Assembly: GCF_006345805.1 (NCBI RefSeq)
Contig: NC_043016.1
Location: forward strand, 31,868,001-31,932,000
Length of the DNA stretch: 64,000 bases
Direction: 5' to 3'
Source: Octopus sinensis
Lineage: Eukaryota
Both the position numbers and the translations under genes were made by a program. The notes under the pieces were generated by a model that was not told the DNA's origin, did no database searches, and saw only the letters and a program-made list of their open reading frames with translations. The stretch's first letter is position 1. Each line of letters begins with the position of its first letter. Shown here one piece after another: positions 22,918 to 35,640 of this stretch.

Positions 22918-24050
22918 CTCTACATGGTTGTGTAGTAGACCAGAAATAGCAGCCTCAAACTGCACTCTCTTATCTCAGAAGGGGACACCTTAGACAATGT
23001 GACCACTAAGTTCCCTGTACATAGGGAAAAACTTGGGGTGGCTCTGATTGAAATGTCTGATCATTGAGATCTGACTGATCAACATTGATCTGGATCTGAA
23101 TAGCAACCAAATCACCCATTCATTATAGGTCTTGTTCAATTAGGATTGGACAACAGCAACAACAAATGACAACAACAATAACATAGAACAGTTTTTGCAA
23201 TGCTCCTACCTCCATTTGGTGCCAGACAGAAGATTTAACTCCTATGGATGGAACAAACCAAATATTTATATATAGAAATAATGGTACAGAAATACAAGTT
23301 TTTGACATTAACTAATATTCACTTGAAAATGGAAAATTCTGGAAGCATTCCAAGTATTTACTACACTGTATTGTTGGGGGGAAAAATGGAAGAAAGGAAG
23401 TAACATTCTCCCATGACTAATATTTTGATATTTCCGTTTACGTATTTCCAATAACAACAACATCCCAAAGACAAAATGCAAAAGAAGTGAAAGTATATCA
23501 ATAAGTTTTTAAGGATGAAACTTGAAAAAAAAAACAAGTTTATCTATTTCTACCATTTCAATATCGTATTGAAAACTAAAATACATGGTCTTCACTCATT
23601 CATATTTGGCATTTAAATGTTTTTAAAAGGAACTGCCAGGCAAGAATAAAACCAGGGTCTCTGTGTGTGTAATCATCATTGTCGTTTTAGTGTGCTCTTT
23701 TTTATGTTCTCATAGCTCAGATGGAATTTCTTCTGGTGGATTTTCCACGACTGGAGTTATTGTCTTTTAGATGGGTTGAGGACCATGTCTCACATGTATG
23801 CACTTGTTATATGCTAGACATTACAATAAGAAAAACTTGTACCTTATTTTATAAGACACATACTAATATTTAAATAACAGTACATTTAGCATAAAAATTG
23901 AACTTGTAGTATAAACCAGAATATGAAAAAAAATCATCTTTTAGCCAATAATTCTTTTTTAAGAAGTGGATATATTCGATCTGATTTAGGAAGTGGATAT
24001 ATTCTTCAAGAGCTGTTAAATATAAGCCTGCTAAAATAGTTTCAACATAC

Positions 24051-24146
24051 CTTCTGTTTTTGCAATCCCATTAGGAAGAAGCTTCTTCACAAATATCCCG
24101 TGGGTAGTATCCCCATTCCGTGTAGTGCCACCAATAATTTGTAAAC
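24051..24146 (-). CDS. PDZ-domain protein (STXBP4-like), coding exon: (G)LQIIGGTTRNGDTTHGIFVKKLLPNGIAKTE(G)
   Basis: tcttttttaccctcAG acceptor, GTATGT donor, 96 nt, phase 1 to phase 1; I-GG...GIFVK..LP.G.A PDZ signature. Confidence 0.92.
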
Positions 24147-24392
24147 CTGAGGGTAAAAAAGATTTAAAATAAAATAATAATAATAAAAGCAGAAATTCAG
24201 GCAATAAGGAAAAAGTATTTTTTCAATACTGAGTAACAATTAGATATCTGCAAACCCAAGTTGATTTAATTTCCAGCAAACTATCACTTTATTAACTCCA
24301 GAAATATTTCACATTTCTTTCAAGGAGACTATCAGTATAATGACAAACAAACTAATGAAGGATTCTTATTGGTCATCAAAGAAGATTCTATA

Positions 24393-24699
24393 CAGGGCTG
24401 GCCAACTTGAGGCCCGTGGGCTGCAGACTTTTATCTTGCAGCCCACTTGATACTTTTTTGAAATGCATTTATTTAAACAAACAATTTTAAAATTTTATCA
24501 AAAATTAATGATTGTAATGAAAAGTAAAAAAGAAAGATTCTCCTGTTCTTGCGACGATAATATTTCATGTTGAATCAATGATCATTCATTCCTTATTGTA
24601 ATAATAGCAGGAGAAAGCAATATGTTTTCAAATCAAGTGGTTCTCAAAAAACTTTGTGATTAAAATGGCCTGCAATGTAATGAGAGTTGGCCAGGCCTG
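24393..24699. mobile_element. hAT-type MITE, second family
   Basis: TIR cagggctggccaac / gttggccaggcctg; ttctat on both flanks. Confidence 0.7.
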
Positions 24700-24869
24700 T
24701 TCTATGTGGTCACGCAACATACTAGAAAGAGCAGTCAATACCCTATTTTAAAACAATGAATACATTGAATAATATAACTATATGTATGGTGTGTATGTAT
24801 TCACTGGATGTGCAATGTCAGTGCATGTATGGTTGAGTCTTAAGTGTCTTAAGAGAAAAATTGGGTGTA

Positions 24870-25230
24870 AGAGACATCAGGTGTAGTGTGTAAAGAAGAG
24901 ACAATCTCTGTGGAGGGAACCCGCGAAAGAGGTAGGCCCAGGAAGACATGGGATGAAGTGGTGGAATATGATTTTGGGATGTTGAGTGTCATAAAGGCAA
25001 TGAGAAGTGATTGAGGTCTTTGGTGATTTGCTGTGTTTGAGAAACATGTCAAGCTAAGTGAAGTTGTAGCCTTGGCCAGTGCCGGTGGCATAAAAAGCAC
25101 CTGCTACACACTGTAGAGTGGTTGACATTGGGAAGGGCATCCAGACATAGAAACCAAGCCAAAACGGATGGGAGCCTGGTGCAGCTCTCCAGCTTACCAT
25201 TTCCTGTCTAACCCATGCTAAATGGTGATG
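24870..25230 (+). mobile_element. RTE LINE 3' fragment
   Basis: aggtaggcccaggaagacatgggatgaagtgg encodes GRPRKTWDEV; followed by the RTE tail. Confidence 0.75.
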
Positions 25231-25679
25231 GCACACACATACATACTATTGAAGAAAAAGTGGTTACAGCTTGAAGGCCATTTACAACAGATCTGCTTCA
25301 TCAGGACCTATGCAACAATGTGTACAATGAAAGGGAAAAATGAAGTGTTTAGATATTTATGTCTTTGTATGTAGTGAATCATGTTACACGAATTAAGTAA
25401 AGTGCTGCCTACTGAAACCAGAACAATTTTATGGAATATCAAATCTTGCTGAGGAATTTGAAAGTACCATAAATTTGAATAGAGAAACTATTTAGAGACA
25501 AGTTGGTGATTCCTTTTGAAAAACATTTTATCTATGTTACTAATGTTCTTAGCAAATTATTCTCAGTAAGTATTAATGGTTGTGGTAGAATTTCCCTTAA
25601 TCAACACCTGCATTCACTAGGTTTAGAATATTATTTAATATTCTGCAATACATAGTAATTAAGGAAAATAAAAGAGTGT

Positions 25680-26065
25680 TGGGCCTCACAGGTGATGTGG
25701 CAGAGTTCCTTTTGAGCATTAGGCCTCATGGAGGCAAGTGGCCAAGCTCCTTTCAAGTGTTGAACCTCACAGAGGCAATGACCAAGACCTTTGGCATTAT
25801 GTCATGCTTGAGAAGAAGACCCATCAAACTGAGCAAAATTGCAGTCATAGCAGATACCAATGTCATGCAAATGACACCTGTACCAGTGGCATGTAAAAGC
25901 ACCCATTACACTCTCGGAGTGGCTGGTGTTAGGAAGGGCAACCAGCCATAAAAAACTATGCCAAATCAGACTGGATCCCTGGTGCAGCCTTCCAGCATGT
26001 TGGCCCAGTCAAATAGTCCAACCCATGTCAGCATGGACAATGGATGTTAAATGATGATGATGTGG
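25680..26065 (+). mobile_element. RTE-tailed SINE-like element
   Basis: Body complementary to 47030-47330; tail gttaggaagggcaaccagc...gatgatgatg. Confidence 0.7.
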
Positions 26066-26486
26066 CAAGCTGAAGGAATAACATTACATATCCCTTCACT
26101 GGCACTGCGAAAAATAGCCACAATTTCGTGGCACAGTTCATACTTCTAACAGCAGAAGCACTCTTGTAAGAAGCAACTATTTATATTGAAACACTGTATC
26201 CAAATTCTCATATGGAATTACTGTGGTGAGAAATAAATTATGTTTATTCTTAAGTTCCAATTGAACTATTCTTTAACTGGTTTCATTTGATTCTCAGAAA
26301 GGCTGTAATGAAAACAGTGCCTACATTAATTAGATCTTGTACGTTACCATTCTGAGTACCCAGCACTTCCTTATACAGCTGTTATCTTCCATACACATCA
26401 CTTGCCTGTACCATTATAGTGTTCTCTCTTTCATATACCAACTACATCTGATTCCTCTTATATCCAATTTTTATTGCAGCTCATTT

Positions 26487-27330
26487 CTGTGGAATCAAAA
26501 AGTTCCCAAACTAGTTCAGTAGTGTGCCAACAGATGGCAGCACATTGTTGTGTGCTCAGTGAGAGCTAGCAGTGACCTTCATGAGGCAGTTTTCTGAGTG
26601 ACATCACTGTGTTTACTTCACAAGTTGTGAAATTTGTGTTTCTGTGATCACACGTATACTGTATTCTGCGATTTTGTCATGGACAGGAACAAAGAGCTAA
26701 CATGATATTTTATGCTAAACTTGGGAAGTCTGCTACAGAGACATTGAGCATGCTTTAGCAAGCTTACAGAAATGAGGCAATGGGTTGTACACTATGTTTT
26801 GAGTGGCACAGGCACTTCAAAAGTGAAAGAATGTCCCTGGAAGACAATGGGTGATCTGGAAGACCTGCCATGAGTGTTACCCCTGAAAATGTGGTATTGC
26901 TTCTGCACCTGCCATATTCACCAACTTTACCACCTGTAAACTTCCATCTCTTTCCCAAGATGAAAATGCAACTGAATGGTTGCCATTTTAACACTTGTCA
27001 AGATCCAGAGTGAATTGCAGGACCTCAATTCACTTATGGAAAACAACTACCAGGTTGGATTCCAGAAGTGACAGGAATACTTTGCTGTGTAAGGTGACTA
27101 TTGCAAAAGAGATGATGTTAAAATTTAAGTAAATAAGTTATTTTTTATCAAACATGGCATACGAGTGGCTATGTAGTAAGTAGCTTGCTTACCACCCACA
27201 TGGTTCTGGGTTCAGTGCCACTGTGTGGCACCTCGGGCAAGTGTTTTCTACTATAGCCTTGGGCCGACCAAAGCCTTGTGAGTGGATTTGGTAGACAGAA
27301 ACTGAAAGAAGCCAGTTGTATATATCTATG

Positions 27331-27372
<42 letters not shown>

Positions 27373-27629
27373 TGTATATATGTGTGTGTCTGTGTTTGTC
27401 CCCCAACATCACATGACAACCAATGCTGGTGTGTTTACACCCCCGTAACTTAGCAATTCGGCAAAAGAGACTGATAGAATAAGTACTAGGCTTACAAAGA
27501 ATAAGTCCTGGGGTTGATTTGCTCGACTAAAGGCAGTGCTCCAGCATGGTCACAGTCATACGACTGAAACAAGTAAAAAAGTAAAAAGAGTAAAGAGAGA
27601 GACCAGGAACTTTTTGATACTACCCTGTA
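26487..27629 (+). mobile_element. Internally deleted mariner (DD34D-type) transposon remnant, with a family C SINE inserted at about 27157-27598
   Basis: TIRs atcaaaaagttcc / ggaactttttgat; decayed transposase from ATG 26679 (KLGKSATETL..EWH..FK..LED..SGRP) joined to a LPYSPxLxPxxFHLFPKMK motif. Confidence 0.8.
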
Positions 27630-27689
27630 TTCATATACATTCCAGCAGGTATGCTCCTTTTATTTCTTTCTAGTTTTCACAAATTTATA

Positions 27690-27900
27690 TCATTCAAGAC
27701 CCACAATTTGCTATTATGTGGCATTGCTGTTGGTACACAAGCTACTCTTCCCTCAATGACAAACTCTGTTAGCAGCAGAAGTAAATAGTTCCCTGAATTT
27801 CCTTCATTCCAATCTTACTCTGGTTACTATACTTTCAGACCATCCACCTCCACTACTGATTTGGTTGCCTATGGCAACAGAAGTTTTCAACTATATCTAG
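27690..27900 (-). mobile_element. Ancient RTE ORF2 fragment
   Basis: Minus strand ggaaattcagggaacta (KFREL) and acagcaatgccacat (TAMxH) match the intact RTE at 52680-52790. Confidence 0.55.
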
Positions 27901-28562
27901 GGACCCATCTGGACATTTGAGAAAATCTATTTCAAACCATTGCCAACACAGATAAAATCTTTCAGTGGCTGAATGACGCATGTAAATTGCCAGTTTTACA
28001 GATGTTAGCAGTGGTTCATTTTTGGAACTAGATGACTCTTCACAATATCATTGATAAGATTCTGTCATCCTGCATTTTGGTAATTTTTGCCTTGATCATT
28101 GATTACTATATTTTAACATGTTCAAGGAACCCAGTTTGGTCAAAAATTAGGCTAAAAAAATATGTGAGTTTCTTATACATGGATAGTATCATAATCCCTT
28201 ACAAAGCATTTTTTTCCAAATTTTAAGCCCCCAAAATTAAGGGTTTTGTTATACTTGAGGGTTCCTTATACACATTAAAATACAGTAATTTGATTCCTTT
28301 GTTGAAACTATAATTCTGTTATGATGATTTCCAACCATTCTGATGGTGATTCTCAAATACTCTAATCATTTGTTTCAGATTTACCTGGCTTGGTTATTAG
28401 ACTCACCAAGAATAAAAATCCTGCTGGTATAGCTCTTTGAGTCATAGAGATATGCAAGCCCCACTAATGTGATCAAGTTGAGAATCACTGGCATAGAATG
28501 TGGATATAAAATGATGATGATGACTACCATTTTATTGCCCTAATTTCTTTGTTATTACATAA

Positions 28563-28910
28563 AAGGTGCATGGCTCAGTTGTTAAGAGCATTGGGCTCAC
28601 AATCACGAGATAGTGAGATTGATTCTGAGACCAGGTAGTATGTTGTGTTCTTGAGCAAGACACTTTATGTCATGTTGCTCCAGTTCACTCATCTGTAGAA
28701 ATGAGTTGCGATGTCACTAGTGCCAAGTTGCATCTCCCTTTGCCTTTCCCTTGGATAACATCAGTGGTGTGGAGAGGGGAGGTCGGTATGCACGAGCAAC
28801 TGTTGGTCTTCCATAAACAACATTGGTCGGACTTAAGCCTCAGAGGGGAACTTTCTAGATGTAATCTCATGGTCATTCATGACCAAAGGGGGTCTTTACC
28901 CCTTTTTTTT
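28563..28910 (+). mobile_element. Full-length SINE family E, about 30 nt from an exon donor
   Basis: A box tggctcagttg, B box gattgattct; tail gaccaaagggggtctttaccc(t)n. Confidence 0.8.
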
Positions 28911-28943
28911 ACATTAAAGATCAAATGATTGTTTTAAACTTAC

Positions 28944-29023
28944 CAATCCCTTTTGAACAATTATCATACACAATTTTAATTGTTTCTCGGTCTATTAGAG
29001 GACTTTCGGTTGACAATGGCTGC
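28944..29023 (-). CDS. PDZ-domain protein (STXBP4-like), coding exon: (R)QPLSTESPLIDRETIKIVYDNCSKGI(G)
   Basis: Strong pyrimidine tract tctttctttccccacctttctctatttcAG, GTAAGT donor, 80 nt, phase 2 to phase 1; supplies the GIGL carboxylate-binding loop when joined to exon 24146. Confidence 0.9.
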
Positions 29024-29146
29024 CTGAAATAGAGAAAGGTGGGGAAAGAAAGAGCATAAATTAGATCAGAAGTCCTTATTCAATCTGCGTCCCACATAGA
29101 ATACATGCACAAAACAGTAATATTTTAACCATAAGTTGATACACAT

Positions 29147-29364
29147 TTAACTCTTTAGCATTCAGATTACTCTGCCAAATGTAAAGTTTATTCATTCACA
29201 TTACTTTGAATTAATCATGCATTATCTTTCAGCTTTGAAATTTGGATGATGTGAATGTAATTTTTAGAATGACCATGTGGGATAGGTGTGAGGAGATGGA
29301 TCTGGCAAGTTTGGACTTAAAAATAGGTAGAATGTTTTGGCTGGTTTAAATGCTGAAGGATTAA
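29147..29364. mobile_element. piggyBac-type MITE A
   Basis: TTAA at both ends; typical internal sequence. Confidence 0.75.
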
Positions 29365-30482
29365 AGAGTAAAAGAACAACATGTATATTGGAAGTTGAAA
29401 ATGATTTAATAAATCATGGCATTCACTGCAACAGTCTTAAATTTAAGTTATCATTTGAAAGTCATTATTCTCATTGACTCAGCCATTACTTCCTTACTAT
29501 AATTTATTTTCCTCCTTATCTTTTGGCTTAGAGTACACTATCATCAACTTTTTCTCATAATCTATCCAAATCACCCATCTTCTTTGTTGATATCTTCTGT
29601 TGTTTCCAATGGAGTTTCTTGGAATTCCGTCAGCTTTTTTTTTTTGTTCATGTTGTCAGTTGAGCCTGATGCATTTCAATGATTTTATGAACTTGTTGAA
29701 TTCTTTCATAGTTTGTTTTTGGATCTATTTTGTTTTATGGTCTTTCTACTTTATTCAAACAAAAAGCTCAAATGAAAGCAATAAAAGAAGAGGGAACCAC
29801 AAAATACCAAAACGACTATAGAAAACTAAAATAGCATTCTACCAAAAGCTATATTCCAGAGTGCAAAAAATGAGAATTGCTAACTTCTGATTCTAAATTC
29901 TATTTTTTTTTCTAATAGACATTGGGAAGCTTTGATTTACATGAATAATTTGAATTAAAGACAAGCTTGAGAAAACAAGAGAACTAAACATGAAGAATTG
30001 GAAAATTTAAGAATGATGCAAAGGAAAATGTCTCCAGGAGCTGTAAAGGTTTTCAAAAATAGTGCTTAATTCTGGCTTTAGTACTACTAAGTACACAGAA
30101 TGTACATCTTGCTTAAATAGGTCAGCAGTATATAAGTACAGATTATATTACCAGATGACCTGGTGCCAATTTATTAGAACTAGATGCATAAAGAAATAAG
30201 TGCTGAGAGGGTAATACATATAAACTAGCTAGCTATAAGCAGGTGGTCTAACACATATATCCATTTAATGACTGTGTACATAGTGATAATTCCTTTCCTA
30301 GACACACATGTCTACCAGACACAAAATCTTTTGTCGACGGCCTCTCTTTGTACAAGATATATTCTAAAGGAGGTTCTTGACCAGTTTTTCACACATTAAC
30401 TTGAGTAGGTTGAACTACGTAAAATGTTAGAGAAAGAAACCTAGCTGTTTCTTGCAATACATACCAATAAATACATCTAATG

Positions 30483-30998
30483 CAGGGGTTCTCAACCATT
30501 TTTTAATCAATGGACCTCTTTGATTACCATTTTATTCTGGTCAACCCCCATAGCCATTCAGTGTTTAAAAATTAATTTTATAGAAACTTCTTCCAAAATT
30601 TCTATTTTGTTTATCACACATTAACTTGTGAAGGTTGAAGCATGTAAAATGTTAGAGAAAGAAACCTAGCTGTTTCTTGCAATACATACATCTAAAACAG
30701 GGACTCATTGTTTTTTTTTTATCTGTGGACACCTTTCATTACTATTTTATTCTAGTGGACCCCCACAGCCATTCAATGTTTAAAAATAGTTTCATAGAAA
30801 CTTCTTTCAAAGTTCTTATTTTGTTTTTCACCCATTAACTTATGTAGGTTGAACTATGTAAAACATCAGAGAAAGAAACCAAGTTGTTTTTTGTAATACA
30901 TATCAACACTTACACCTAAAGCAAATTGTTTTAAAAAGCCCTTATTGTAGATTCCCAATTTACTATTTCATTGCATGGACCCTAGTTGAGAACCACTG
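30483..30998. mobile_element. hAT-type MITE with internal ~200-bp duplication, preceded by a partial copy (about 30380-30480)
   Basis: TIR caggggttctcaac / gttgagaaccactg; gaaagaaacc.ag.tgttt repeated at about 30433, 30659 and 30871. Confidence 0.75.
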
Positions 30999-31019
30999 AT
31001 ATATTCTATAGTATAGTTT

Positions 31020-31300
31020 CTGAAGAAGGGTCACAGTCCTTACATAGAATAAACTTTCCCTACTGTTTAAACAGGACATTAGTAATAGAGGTTTACAGTT
31101 GCTCTATTCCACAAAGTTTATCTGATGCCCATCACCTTTGTAACATCTGCCACTACACCTCTCTCCCTCAAGTCATTACTGTTAGTGGTTTCAATAAACA
31201 CAACTGTTCTGTCTCTTTGAACTCAACCAACACAGTCGATACAGTAGAAGCTGGATCATTTGCCATCCTACCCGCACAAGTTATTTTATACATTTGCTAA
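31020..31300 (+). mobile_element. Possible ancient LINE apurinic-endonuclease remnant
   Basis: ORF text VITVSGFNKHN resembles the IIxxGDFNxH motif; otherwise decayed. Confidence 0.3.
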
Positions 31301-31629
31301 CACACCACTATTGATCTCTATCTTACCTTAAAACCCAGTCTTTACTTAGCTATCATAATCTCTTTCCCTGTTCTCTTTTTTTTTTTTTAAATTTTATCTC
31401 CAATCCATCTAAGACTGAGTAAAGTGGGCAACCAATACCATTATTTTAGTCCCTCCTGCATACAAAACTACAACAAATACTACTACTCAGTTCAAGCAAA
31501 AGGTATCCTTTCTCCCTATCAATACAAGCATGAACTGTACATGGGCACTTAGAGTGCTGGAAATAGCAGCCAAATCTCTAGCAAATCACTCTTAAGAAAA
31601 AGAAAAAAAAGGAAATGACATAATACTGT

Positions 31630-31768
31630 AACTAGTACTTAATTTATCGACTCCGAAAGGATGAAAGGCAAAGTCGACCTCGGCGGAATTTGAACTCAGA
31701 ACGTAACGGCAAACGAAATAGTGATAAGCATTTCGCCTGGCGTGCTAACGTTTCTGCCAGCTCACCGC
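31630..31768 (-). mobile_element. Young SINE family D
   Basis: CpG-rich gtcgacctcggcggaatttgaactcagaacgtaacgg. Confidence 0.8.
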
Positions 31769-32214
31769 CCACAATACCATTCTGTAATAATTCCATTCAC
31801 ATTTAGAATGCATTATAAGAACATAAATCAACCCAAGTGGTACTTTATTAAATCTAGAATAATGTAAGCCAAGTTGATAACGGTAAGATCTGAATTAGCT
31901 ACCAATTCCCTAATGATTTGACCATTTCACCATGTCTGACAGAGACAATTATTTGTAGTAACCTTTGAATTGTTTGCTGAACAACCAAGAGGAAAAGGTG
32001 TTGATTGGGTCACAAAGTCAATGGCTTTTTAGTCTATATTTGTTGCAAATTTGAGTGTGGGGTAGTTTTAATCAAATTAGCTTTAAGCCTCTAAATACAG
32101 GATCCAGTAGTAGCATTATGAAACCCAAAGTGGAAATTAAAAGGTAAGGTCAACTAGGGAAAGATTTGAACACAGAAATACTGTTGCAGTTTGCTATTTT
32201 TCTACTGAACACTA

Positions 32215-32488
32215 TATATATATCAGATGTTGCTACACATCGCTGGTCACAATGTGCTTCGCATTGTTTTAGCCTCCAAATGATGCCACCCCACTGGCTA
32301 AGCGAGTAGGCCAACAGAGGAAAGAGTGAGAAAAAGTTGTGGCAAAAGAGTACAGCAGGGATCGCCATCACCCCCTGCCAGAGCCTCGTGGGGCTTTAGG
32401 TGTTTTCGCTCAATAAGTACTGACAACATTCGGTCTGGGAATCGAAATCGCGATCCTACAACCGCGAGTCCGCTGCCCTAACCACTGT
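32215..32488 (-). mobile_element. SINE family A
   Basis: Complementary to 11335-11490. Confidence 0.75.
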
Positions 32489-33239
32489 AATACATACATA
32501 CAACAGACACATCATCACCACTCCATGACAAGCTAATAATAGTTTTCATCTGATAAATCTAAACCTATATTGCAAGCAGCTAAGAATTAAAAATTAGACA
32601 AACAAAAACAAAACTGAACAAACAAGTTTAGGTTTTTGACTTAATCCAGGCTTAAAGGCACCCTAAGCAAAAATAGATTATATAAGCATGTTTCAACTTG
32701 AACTTTATATATCAAAAAATACATTCCACATTTTTCATATTGAAATATTTATGGTGTTAGCCATGCAAATACACACACATACGCACACCTGTAAGGTGTT
32801 AAACGTTCAAGTATATTTACTTGCATTCATCATATAAAGTTTACACATCAAACACAAACTGTTTCACTGGTTTGTATTAATGATTTGTAATTGAAACCAG
32901 TCAGTGTATTCTCATATCTTAATATTGTGACACCTAATATGTGACATTCTTTCTGCTTCTCTCTTTTGTCAATGTTTTTATTTTTTTACGGCTACTTTTT
33001 ATCAAATCTCTATATCACTCATTTTAATAGGGTGTCTTATTACTCTTTGAACGACCAGTAATAGATCAATCATATCTTATTCCGCACTGAGGGCAACCAT
33101 TTGAACTTGTGACCGTCTCTGATTTCATTATATACAGCTCCTGGCTCTAGCACTCAATTCACACTGCCATCCTGAACTGTCAGTACCATATAGTTTTCAT
33201 ACTTATCGACATCCCTGACCGAACACATCATGCACTTAC

Positions 33240-33250
33240 TTTTGGCCCAT
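33240..33250 (-). CDS. Candidate alternative start (MGQ-K) in a 17-nt microexon 33256-33240 of the PDZ gene
   Basis: attatctctttAG|TGAGAAATGGGCCAAAA|GTAAGT; the ATG frame ends in phase 2 and is in frame with exon 29023. Confidence 0.5.
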
Positions 33251-34062
33251 TTCTCACTAAAGAGATAATATGTAACCATAATGTAAAAAGAAATCTCATG
33301 TAGTTTGTAGTTCACTAGAAAATAAGAAAACCAAAGAGATTCCGTTTAAAACTCTGATGCCGTCTCCATTCATGAGTCACAATTAATGCTAAATAAATTA
33401 ACAGCTTACATACAACTTTTGAAATTTATAAACTAGTCTATGGTATTTTCTGAACAGTGATATGGTCCTGATCACTTCTGCAACTCTGCTTTAAGTTTAG
33501 AATTGTAGACTTAGTTCAGAAGGTATTATATAAATTTTGACAGATTATTCATTATTTCTGTTGATTCCATCATCACTACAATCATCATTTAATGTTTGTT
33601 TTTCTTGCTGGCAAACCAGAAGACTGTGCCAAGCTCTGTTGTCTGTCTAGGCATGGTTTCTGCAGCTGGATGCTCTTCCTAACGCCAATCACCTCACAGA
33701 GCGTAAGGTGCCCTTTTTTCATGACACTTGTAGGGTCACCAAGTAAACTTGCAAGGCAAAGTCTCCTTGACTAGGAGAGGAGTGATAGCATTAGCAGTAT
33801 CTTTTAATAATTTCATTGAGATGATTCAAATGAAAGCAGACAAGATTAAATGTTTTACAACATTTAGCTCCAAGTCAAAACTGATTCAGGAAATCTACAA
33901 ATAAACCACTCTTTTTGAGGTGGCTGCATTATCCAATGTATACTGTACTTTTTTAAGAAAGCTGTAATTTGAAAGAAATAGTTTTTCTATCTAATAGTTG
34001 GTACATAAGCACTTCATTATTTTAGTGAAATATATATTTTACTTCATATTTTTTTGCAGTTT

Positions 34063-34441
34063 TATGACCTCGATCTTAGTGAAGGCAGATGTATTGTTTC
34101 CAATCATGTTTGTTTGTTTGTCTGTGGACAAGATATCTCAAGAACCACAGGATGGATTCAGATAAAACTTTCAGGGATGTTTGGCCCCATGACTAGCACG
34201 AACTGATTAGATTTTAGGATCAATCTGTTACTGGACAAGGATTCTGGATTATTTTTCCTGTTTTTTTTTTTTTTTTTTTACTTAATTTTTTAAAATGGTA
34301 GGGTTCAATTTTAGTATTCTCATTAGTGAGAGCAGTCAGTTTATTTCAGACATTCTCATTTAAAAAATAATTTCCAGCTAATCATTGAGAGAACGCTGGT
34401 GTTGCCTTGGCAGAGGTTTGCGCTCTCTGAGTGCTCTTGTT
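34063..34441 (+). mobile_element. Helentron-associated non-autonomous element (HINE/DINE-like)
   Basis: T-rich flanks, (gttt/gtct)n microsatellite near the 5' end, 3' ggcagaggt subterminal repeat plus hairpin gcgctctctgagtgc. Confidence 0.6.
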
Positions 34442-34989
34442 TATTTATTTTTTCATACTGTTTCCATACCCTTAGTAGTATCACAATGGGATTTCAAATT
34501 GGTGAGTCCAGATTACACAAGAGTTCACTTCAACTTCCATTTTATAAATAGAAAGGCTTAATATATTTCTCTTATGTTTGATACTGACAACAATTTTCAT
34601 TTGTAATTATCTTTATATATCCTCTTTCCATGCTTGAATGAGTTGGTTAAGCTGCCACCCAAATTCAAGGAGTTATATATCCCTATCAGACACATCAAAG
34701 GACCACTTGTTGCATTTTTGGCATGGTTTCTTTTAAGAGCTGGATATTCATTTAAACATTACCCATTTTACACAGTGTGCTGCTTTCATGCTATATTACA
34801 TTATTTTCATATATATATGACTTAATTTTTCCTCTCACAGCATCTCCAATGAAGGGATATAATAAATATTCTAGAAACAGTTGTAAGACCTATCTATAAA
34901 TGCCCTAATATCTATACAGCCTTGATTTTTTATCTCATTACGCAAAAAATTATATATACATACATATATATATATGTATGTATACAAGC

Positions 34990-35640
34990 GCAGGCATAGC
35001 AAGAAGTTTGCTTCCCAACGACATAGTTCTAGGTTCAGTCCCACTGTCTGGCACTATCGGCAAGTGTCTTCTACTGCAACTTCAGGCTGACCAAAACCTT
35101 GTGAGTGGATTTGGTAGACAAAAGCTGAAAAAAGCCTGTCATGTGTGTGTGTGTGTGTGTGTGTATATATAGGGTTGGTGCATAATTATTTCAGCTTGTT
35201 TTCGACAGATTTTATTCAACAAAAACATCTTTAAATGATGGTCTAACCATCTGCCAAGCAAATGGAAAGCAGTAATTGAAGTAGATGGTGAATATGCTCC
35301 AGAATAATCATTTAAAGATGTTTTTGTTACATGTTGCTTTTGTTGAATAAAATTTGTTAAAAAAAAAAAAAAAAGCCGCAATAATTATGCACTAACTCAA
35401 TATATATGTGTGTGTGTGTGCGTGTATCTTTGTGGTCTGTTCCCTTAAACACTATTTGAAACTGGTGTTGGTGTGTTTACACCCCCGTAACTTAGTGGTT
35501 CAGCATAACGGATGATAGAATAAGTATTAGGCTTAAGAAATAAGTCTGGGGACAATTTGTTTGACTAAGACCCTTCAAGATGGTGCTCCAGCATGGCTGC
35601 AGTTTAATGACTGTAACAAGTAAATGAATAAAAGAATACA
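34990..35640 (+). mobile_element. SINE family C carrying a mariner MITE in its microsatellite
   Basis: Head at 34990; 3' module resumes at about 35410. Confidence 0.75.
35168..35402 (+). mobile_element. Mariner-derived MITE (MADE-like)
   Basis: TA-flanked TIRs ggttggtgcataattatt / aataattatgcactaact; transposase C-terminus HLPSKWKAVIEVDGEYAPE*. Confidence 0.8.

Noticed and set aside
23204-23235. Possible cassette exon (GVKSSVWHQME) between the PDZ halves
   Set aside because: It would shift the frame, the donor is weak, and the flanking exons already join into an intact PDZ
25285-25310. Minus-strand CTGATGA as another hammerhead
   Set aside because: No stem II or GAAA follows
33064-33231. 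Minus-strand frame with a single internal TGA, also resembling a C/D snoRNA start (ATGATG…CTGA)
   Set aside because: No SECIS or homology is visible; box C is imperfect, lies only a few nt from the donor, and has no terminal stem
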